NCBI RefSeq assembly: GCF_009914755.1 | Contig: NC_060939.1 | Length of the DNA stretch: 64,000 nt | From: the human T2T-CHM13v2.0 reference genome, Homo sapiens | Strand: one strand, 5' to 3' | Shown here: in pieces, positions 55,301 through 64,000 of the stretch | Numbering within the stretch: the first letter of the stretch is position 1 | How the letters are laid out: each line of letters starts with the position of its first letter | Translations under genes and position numbers: made by a program | Notes under the pieces: model-generated | Database searches by the model: none | What the model was told of the DNA's origin: nothing | The model's input: the letters and a program-made list of their open reading frames with translations, nothing else

Positions 55301-58300
55301 CTATTCCGTTCCATTCGATTTCGTTCCAATCCATTCGATTCCATTCCATTCGATTCCATTCCATACTATTGCATTCCATTCGATTACATTATATTCGAAT
55401 AAGTTCCATTCAAGACCATTTCTTTTGAGTCCATTCTATTTGAGTCCATTCCCTTTGATTCCATAACATTTGAGTCCATTCAATTCCATTCCTTTCGTTT
55501 CCATTCCATTTGATGCCATTCCATTCAATTCTGTTCTACTCGACTCCAATACATTCAATTCCATTCCATCCGATTCCATTACATTCTTTTCATTTCTTAT
55601 CCATTTCAAGTCATTCCACTCCATTCCATTCCACTCGTTTCCTTTCCATTCGAGTCCATTCCTCTCCAGTCCATTCCGTTCAATCCATTCCATTCCAGTC
55701 CATTCCATTCGAGTCCGTTCCATTCCAGTCCATTCCATTCGAGTCAATTCCATTCCATTCGATGTTTTCCATAACGATCCATTCCATTCTATTCCTTTCG
55801 ATTCCATTCCATTCTATTTCATTCCATTCGATTCCCTTCCATTGGACTCCTTTCCATTCGAGTGCATTCCATTCCGTTCCATTTCTTTCCGTTCTGTACG
55901 ATTCCTACCGTTCGTTTTCATTTTGTTCCAGTCCATTCCTTTCGCGTCCATTCCATTCCATTTCACTCCATTCGATTCCATTCCACTCGATTCCACTTCG
56001 TTCCATTTCATTGCATTCCATTCTATTCAACTCTATTGCCTTCCATTCCATTCCATTTGATTACATTCCATGCGATTCCATTCGAAATCGAATCAATTAC
56101 ATTGCAATCCATTACAATTGAGTCCGTTTTATTCCAGTCCACTGCATTCTGGTCCATTCCATTTGATTCCATTCCATTCTATTCCATTCCATACAGTTGC
56201 ATTCCTTTGGATTCCATGCTATATTTATAAATTCAATTCGAGACCATTGCTTTTGAGTCCATTCTATATGATTCCATTCCATTCAAGTCCATTACATTTG
56301 GTTCAATTCCATTCCATTCCATTCCCTTCCATTCCATTCCAGTTGATATCAATCCATTCGATTCCATTCCATTCGAGCACATTCCATTCGAGTCCATTCC
56401 ATTCGATGCCATTCCATTTGATTCTATTCCATTAGTCTCCATTCAATTCCATTAATCTCCATTCCATTCCATTCTACTCCAACTGATTCCATTCCATTCT
56501 ATTCCTTTCCATTCCATTTCATTCCATTCCATTCCATTCCATTCCATTCCATTCCATTCCATTCCATTCGTGTCCATTCCACTCCAGTCCATTCCATTCG
56601 TGTCCATTCCATTCCAGTCCATTCCATTTGTGACCACTGCATTCCATTCCACTCCATTCCATATTATTCCATTACACTCCATTCCATTCTATCACTTTCA
56701 TTTCCATTCAATTCCATTCCATTTGATTCCATTCCACTCGGTTTCATTCCATTTGAGTCCACTCCATTCCATTCCATTCCATTCCATTCAGTTCCATTCC
56801 ATTCTGTTCCATTCCATTCCGTTCCATTACATTCCATTCCATTCGGTACCATTCCATATTGTTCCATTCGATTCCATTCGAATCCATTCCATTCCAGTCC
56901 ATTCCATTCGATTCCATTCCATTCATTTCAATTCCATTCCATTCCATTCCATTACATTCCACTTGATTCCTCTCCATTCCCTTCCACTGCATTCCGTTCG
57001 ATTCCATTCCATTGCATTGCATTCCATTCCATTGGACTGCATTCCATTCGATTCCATTGCATTCGAATCAATTACATAGCAATCCATTACATTCGAGTCT
57101 ATTCTATTCCGTTCCATTCGATTTCGTTCCAATCCATTCGATTCCATTACATTCGATTCCATTCCATACTATTGCATTCCATTCGATTACATTGTATTCG
57201 AATAAGTTCCATTCAAGACCATTTCTTTTGAGTCCATTCTATTTGAGTCCATTCCCTTTGATTCCATAACATTTGAGTCCATTCAATTCCATTCCTTTCG
57301 TTTCCATTCCATTTGATGCCATTCCATTCAATTCTGTTCTACTCGACTCCAATACATTCAATTCCATTCCATCTGATTCCATTACATTCTTTTCATTTCT
57401 TATCCATTTCAAGTCATTCCACTCCATTCCATTCCACTCGTTTCCTTTCCATTCGAGTCCATTCCTCTCCAGTCCATTCCGTTCAATCCATTCCATTCCA
57501 GTCCATTCCATTCCAGTCCGTTCCATTCCAGACCATTCCATTCGAGTCAATTCCATTCCATTTGATGTCTTTCCATAACGATCCATTCCATTCTATTCCT
57601 TTCGATTCCATTCCATTCTATTTCATTCCATTCGATTCCCTTCCATTGGACTCCTTTCCATTCGAGTGCATTCCATTCCGTACCATTTCTTTCCGTTCTG
57701 TACGATTCGTACCGTTCGATTTCATTTTGTTCCAGTCCATTCCTTTCGCGTCCATTCCATTCCATTTCACTCCATTCGATTCCATTCCACTCGATTCCAC
57801 TTCGTTCCATTTCATTGCATTCCATTCTATTCAACTCTATTGCCTTCCATTCCATTCCATTCGATTACATTCCATGCGATTCCATTCGAAATCGAATCAA
57901 TTACATTGCAATCCATTACAATTGAGTCCGTTTTATTCCAGTCCACTGCATTCTGGTCCATTCCATTTGATTCCATTCCATTCTATTCCATTCCATACAG
58001 TTGCATTCCTTTGGATTCCATGCTATATTTATAAATTCAATTCGAGACCATTGCTTTTGAGTCCATTCTATATGATTCCATTCCATTCAAGTCCATTACA
58101 TTTGGTTCAATTCCATTCCATTCCATTCCCTTCCATTCCATTCCACTTGATATCAATCCATTCGATTCCATTCCATTCGAGCACATTCCATTCGAGTCCA
58201 TTCCATTCGATGCCATTCCATTTGATTCTATTCCATTAGTCTCCATTCAATTCCATTAATCTCCATTCCATTCCATTCTACTCCAACTGATTCCATTCCA

Positions 58301-61300
58301 TTCTATTCCTTTCCATTCCATTTCATTCCATTCCATTCCATTTCATTCCATTCCATTCCATTCGCTTCCATTCCATTCGTGTCCATTCCACTCCAGTCCA
58401 TTCCATTCGTGTCCATTCCATTCCAGTCCATTCCATTTGTGTCCACTGCATTCCATTCCACTCCATTCCATATTATTCCATTACACTCCATTCCATTCTA
58501 TTACTTTCATTTCCATTCAATTCCATTCCATTTGATTCCATTCCACTCGGTTTCATTCCATTTGAGTCCACTCCATTCCATTCCATTCCATTCCATTCAG
58601 TTCCATTCCATTCTGTTCCATTCCATTCCGTTCCATTGCATTCCATTCCATTCGGTACCATTCCATATTGTTCCATTTGATTCCATTCGAATCCATTCCA
58701 TTCCAGTCCATTCCATTCGATTCCATTCCATTCCTTTCAATTCCATTCCATTCCATTCCATTCCACTTGATTCCACTCCATTCCCTTCCACTGCATTCCA
58801 TTCGATTCCATTCCATTGCATTGCATTCCATTCCATTGGACTGCATTCCATTCGATTCCATTCCATGCGAATCAATTACATAGCAATCCATTACATTCGA
58901 GTCTATTCTATTCCGTTCCATTCGATTTCGTTCCAATCCATTCGATTCCATTCCATTCGATTCCATTCCATACTATTGCATTCCATTCGATTACATTATA
59001 TTCGAATAAGTTCCATTCAAGACCATTTCTTTTGAGTCCATTCTATTTGAGTCCATTCCCTTTGATTCCATAACATTTGAGTCCATTCAATTCCATTCCT
59101 TTCGTTTCCATTCCATTTGATGCCATTCCATTCAATTCTGTTCTACTCGACTCCAATACATTCAATTCCATTCCATCCGATTCCATTACATTCTTTTCAT
59201 TTCTTATCCATTTCAAGCCATTCCACTCCATTCCATTCCACTCGTTTCCTTTCCATTCGAGTCCATTCCTCTCCAGTCCATTCCGTTCAATCCATTCCAT
59301 TCCAGTCCATTCCATTCGAGTCCGTTCCATTCCAGTCCATTCCATTCGAGTCAATTCCATTCCATTCGATGTTTTCCATAACGATCCATTCCATTCTATT
59401 CCTTTCGATTCCATTCCATTCTATTTCATTCCATTCGATTCCCTTCCATTGGCCTCCTTTCCATTCGAGTGCATTCCATTCCGTTCCATTTCTTTCCGTT
59501 CTGTACGTTTCCTACCGTTCGATTTCATTTTGTTCCAGTCCATTCCTTTCGCGTCCATTCCATTCCATTTCACTCCATTCGATTCCATTCCACTCGATTC
59601 CACTTCGTTCCATTTCATTGCATTCCATTCTATTCAACTCTATTGCCTTCCATTCCATTCCATTCGATTACATTCCATGCGATTCCATTCGAAATCGAAT
59701 CAATTACATTGCAATCCATTACTATTGAGTCCATTTTATTCCAGTCCACTGCATTCTGGTCCATTCCATTTGATTCCATTCCATTCTATTCCATTCCATA
59801 CAGTTGCATTCCATTGGATTCCATTCTATATCTATAAATTCAATTCGAGACCATTGCTTTTGAGTCCATTCTATATGATTCCATTCCATTCAAGTCCATT
59901 ACATTTGGTTCAATTCCATTCCATTCCATTCCCTTCCATTCCATTCCAGTTGATATCAATCCATTCGATTCCATTCCATTCGAGCACATTCCATTCCAGT
60001 CCATTCCATTCGATGCCATTCCATTTGATTCTATTCCATTAGTCTCCATTCAATTCCATTAATCTCCATTCCATTCCATTCTACTCCAACTGATTCCATT
60101 CCATTCTATTCCTTTCCATTCCATTTCATTCCATTCCATTCCATTTCATTCCATTCCATTCCATTCCATTCCATTCGCTTCCATTCCATTCGTGTCCATT
60201 CCATTCCAGTCCATTCCATTTGTGTCCACTGCATTCCATTCCACTCCATTCCATATTATTCCATTACACTCCATTCCATTCTATTACTTTCATTTCCATT
60301 CAATTCCATTCCATTTGATTCCATTCCACTCGGTTTCATTCCATTTGAGTCCACTCCATTCCATTCCATTCCATTCAGTTCCATTCCATTCTGTTCCATT
60401 CCATTCCGTTCCATTACATTCCATTCCATTCGGTACCATTCCATATTGTTCCATTCGATTCCATTCGAATCCATTCCATTCCAGTCCATTCCATTCGATT
60501 CCATTCCATTCATTTCAATTCCATTCCATTCCATTCCATTACATTCCACTTGATTCCTCTCCATTCCCTTCCACTGCATTCCGTTCGATTCCATTCCATT
60601 GCATTGCATTCCATTCCATTGGATTGCATTCCATTCGATTCCATTCCATTCGAATCAATTACATAGCAATCCATTACATTCGAGTCTATTCTATTCCGTT
60701 CCATTCGATTTCGTTCCAATCCATTCGATTCCATTCCATTCGATTCCATTCCATACTATTGCATTCCATTCGATTACATTATATTCGAATAAGTTCCATT
60801 CAAGACCATTTCTTTTGAGTCCATTCTATTTGAGTCCATTCCCTTTGATTCCATAACATTTGAGTCCATTCAATTCCATTCCTTTCGTTTCCATTCCATT
60901 TGATGCCATTCCATTCAATTCTGTTCTACTCGACTCCAATACATTCAATTCCATTCCATCCGATTCCATTACATTCTTTTCATTTCTTATCCATTTCAAG
61001 CCATTCCACTCCATTCCATTCCACTCGTTTCCTTTCCATTCGAGTCCATTCCTCTCCAGTCCATTCCGTTCAATCCATTCCATTCCAGTCCATTCCATTC
61101 GAGTCCGTTCCATTCCAGTCCATTCCATTCGAGTCAATTCCATTCCATTCGATGTCTTTCCATAACGATCCATTCCATTCTATTCCTTTCGATTCCATTC
61201 CATTCTATTTCATTCCATTCGATTCCCTTCCATTGGACTCCTTTCCATTCGAGTGCATTCCATTCCGTTCCATTTCTTTCCGTTCTGTACGATTCCTACC

Positions 61301-64000
61301 GTTCGATTTCATTTTGTTCCAGTCCATTCCTTTCGGGTCCATTCCATTCCATTTCACTCCATTCGATTCCATTCCACTCGATTCCACTTCGTTCCATTTC
61401 ATTGCATTCCATTCTATTCAACTCTATTGCCTTCCATTCCATTCCATTCGATTACATTCCATGCGATTCCATTCGAAATCGAATCAATTACATTGCAATC
61501 CATTACTATTGAGTCCGTTTTATTCCAGTCCACTGCATTCTGGTCCATTCCATTTGATTCCATTCCATTCTATTCCATTCCATACAGTTGCATTCCATTG
61601 GATTCCATGCTATATGTATAAATTCAATTCGAGACCATTGCTTTTGAGTCCATTCTATATGATTCCATTCCATTCAAGTCCATTACATTTGGTTCAATTC
61701 CATTCCATTCCATTCCCTTCCATTCCATTCCATTTGATATCAATCCATTCGATTCCATTCCATTCGAGCACATTCCATTCTAGTCCATTCCATTCGATGC
61801 CATTCCATTTGATTCTATTCCATTAGTCTCCATTCAATTCCATTAATCTCCATTCCATTCCATTCTACTCCAACTGATTCCATTCCATTCTATTCCTTTC
61901 CATTCCATTTCATTCCATTCCATTCCATTTCATTCCATTCCATTCCATTCGTGTCCATTCCACTCCAGTCCATTCCATTCGTGTCCATTCCATTCCAGTC
62001 CATTCCATTTGTGTCCACAGCATTCCATTCCACTCCATTCCATATTATTCCATTACACTCCATTCCATTCTATTACTTTCATTTCCATTCAATTCCATTC
62101 CATTTGATTCCATTCCACTCGGTTTCATTCCATTTGAGTCCACTCCATTCCATTCCATTCCATTCCATTCAGTTCCATTCCATTCTGTTCCATTCCATTC
62201 CGTTCCATTACATTCCATTCCATTCGGTACCATTCCATATTGTTCCATTCGATTCCATTCGAATCCATTCCATTCCAGTCCATTCCATTCGATTCCATTC
62301 CATTCATTTCAATTCCATTCCATTCCATTCCATTACATTCCACTTGATTCCTCTCCATTCCCTTCCACTGCATTCCGTTCGATTCCATTCCATTGCATTG
62401 CATTCCATTCCATTGGATTGCATTCCATTCGATTCCATTCCATTCGAATCAATTACATAGCAATCCATTACATTCGAGTCTATTCTATTCTGTTCCATTC
62501 GATTTCGTTCCAATCCATTCGATTCCATTCCATTCGATTCCATTCCATTCTATTGCATTCCATTCGATTACATTATATTCGAATAAGTTCCATTCAAGAC
62601 CATTTCTTTTGAGTCCATTCTATTTGAGTCCATTCCCTTTGATTCCATATCATTTGAGTCCATTCAATTCCATTCCTTTCGTTTCCATTCCATTTGATGC
62701 CATTCCATTCAATTCTGTTCTACTCGACTCCAATACATTCAATTCCATTCCATCCGATTCCATTACATTCTTTTCATTTCTTATCCATTTCAAGCCATTC
62801 CACTCCATTCCATTCCACTCGTTTCCTTTCCATTCGAGTCCATTCCTCTCCAGTCCATTCCGTTCAATCCATTCCATTCCAGTCCATTCCATTCGAGTCC
62901 GTTCCATTCCAGTCCATTCCATTCGAGTCAATTCCATTCCATTCGATGTCTTTCCATAACGATCCATTCCATTCTATTCCTTTCGATTCCATTCCATTCT
63001 ATTTCATTCCATTCGATTCCCTTCCATTGGACTCCTTTCCATTCGAGTGCATTCCATTCCTTTCCATTTCTTTCCGTTCTGTACGATTCCTACCGTTCGA
63101 TTTCATTTTGTTCCAGTCCATTCCTTTCGCGTCCATTCCATTCCATTTCACTCCATTCGATTCCATTCCACTCGATTCCACTTCGTTCCATTTCATTGCA
63201 TTCCATTCTATTCAACTCTATTGCCTTCCATTCCATTCCATTCAATTACATTCCATGCGATTCCATTCGAAATCGAATCAATTACATTGCAATCCATTAC
63301 TATTGAGTCCGTTTTATTCCAGTCCACTGCATTCTGGTCCATTCCATTTGATTCCATTCCATTCTATTCCATTCCATACAGTTGCATTCCATTGGATTCC
63401 ATGCTATATCTATAAATTCAATTCGAGACCATTGCTTTTGAGTCCATTCTATATGATTCCATTCCATTCAAGTCCATTACATTTGGTTCAATTCCATTCC
63501 ATTCCATTCCCTTCCATTCCATTCCATTTGATATCAATCCATTCGATTCCATTCCATTCGAGCACATTCCATTCGAGTCCATTCCATTCGATGCCATTCC
63601 ATTTGATTCTATTCCATTAGTCTCCATTCAATTCCATTAATCTCCATTCCATTCCATTCTACTCCAACTGATTCCATTCCATTCTATTCCTTTCCATTCC
63701 ATTTCATTCCATTCCATTCCATTTCATTCCATTCCATTCCATTCGTGTCCATTCCACTCCAGTCCATTCCATTCGTGTCCATTCCATTCCAGTCCATTCC
63801 ATTTGTGTCCACTGCATTCCATTCCACTCCATTCCATATTATTCCATTACACTCCATTCCATTCTATTACTTTCATTTCCATTCAATTCCATTCCATTTG
63901 ATTCCATTCCACTCGGTTTCATTCCAATTGAGTCCACTCCATTCCATTCCATTCCATTCCATTCAGTTCCATTCCATTCTGTTCCATTCCATTCCGTTCC

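Larger units (their letters stand above)
1..64000 (+). repeat. Human Satellite 3 (HSat3/SatIII) diverged (CATTC)n tandem array, pericentromeric/acrocentric heterochromatin
   Basis: Every line consists of CATTC pentamers and single-base variants (GATTC, GAGTC, CAGTC, TATTC, AATTC). The + strand is C/T-rich and G-poor throughout, with no strand switch. Long pure CATTC runs are present and the GATGAT-containing motif typical of HSat2 was not seen. Confidence 0.98.
12..64000 (+). repeat. ~1.79 kb higher-order repeat, 35 complete units + 1 partial; probably D15Z1 / HSat3A5 (chr15 short-arm 1.8 kb KpnI satellite)
   Basis: The landmark TTGATGCCATTCCATTCAATTCTGTTCTACTCGAC recurs at 12, 1786, 3599, 5403, 7196, 9000, 10818, 12626, 14435, 16224, 18018, 19812, 21601, 23395, 25199, 26993, 28761, 30550, 32204, 33973, 35767, 37556, 39350, 41159, 42948, 44757, 46531, 48340, 50123, 51917, 53706, 55510, 57313, 59117, 60900 and 62694 (mean period ~1791 bp). 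Each unit has one KpnI GGTACC. The periodicity is certain. The D15Z1/chr15 name rests on recalled knowledge that D15Z1 is a 1.8 kb KpnI SatIII repeat and was not checked by alignment. Confidence 0.78.

Noticed and set aside
12-63627. Hundreds of ORFs (up to 321 aa) rich in FHSIP on + and MEWNG on -
   Set aside because: (CATTC)n translates to HSIPF and (GAATG)n to MEWNG with no stop codon in any frame, so long ORFs are expected by construction. They recur with the unit, are broken by random stops and frameshifts, and show no domain or gene structure.
1-64000. CRISPR-like or other repeat-spacer array
   Set aside because: There are no unique spacers. All sequence between landmarks is itself pentamer repeat, and no cas-like or any other real gene is present.
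1-64000. HSat2, DYZ1 (3.56 kb Y HSat3) or alpha satellite/CENP-B boxes
   Set aside because: HSat2-type GATGAT motifs and a 171-bp monomer were not seen. The basic period is ~1.79 kb, and the ~3.6 kb period is just two near-identical units rather than the single 3.56 kb DYZ1 unit.
1-64000. G-quadruplex or telomeric repeat
   Set aside because: The minus strand has mostly GG doublets with few GGG runs, and there are no TTAGGG/CCCTAA tracts. Unusual (GGAAT)n fold-back structures are known in vitro but are generic to the family and not specific to this window.

Overview
The whole 64 kb window is one uninterrupted, single-orientation satellite array built from a diverged (CATTC)n/(GGAAT)n pentamer, i.e. 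human-type Satellite 3 (HSat3/SatIII). The pentamers form a ~1.79 kb higher-order unit: 35 complete copies plus one partial, 1654-1818 bp long, each with one KpnI and one EcoRV site. This organisation fits the chromosome 15 short-arm D15Z1 (HSat3A5) array, although that assignment is recalled, not searched. I found no genes, RNA genes, transposons, CRISPR arrays or inversions. All listed ORFs are artefacts of a stop-poor pentamer. The real structure lies in the variants between units. These include local A/B dimers (~3.6 kb), a ~6.6 kb block duplicated 15,955 bp away, other dispersed duplications, chimeric units, a 155-bp deletion at a 16-bp direct repeat, a 20-bp insertion confined to six adjacent units, a fixed pentamer-register slip per unit, and point variants that create or destroy DUX4-like and TATA-like motifs. 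I cannot support a new gene-based biological system here. Units are numbered U1-U36 from the TTGATGCC landmark at position 12, and all comparisons were made by eye.
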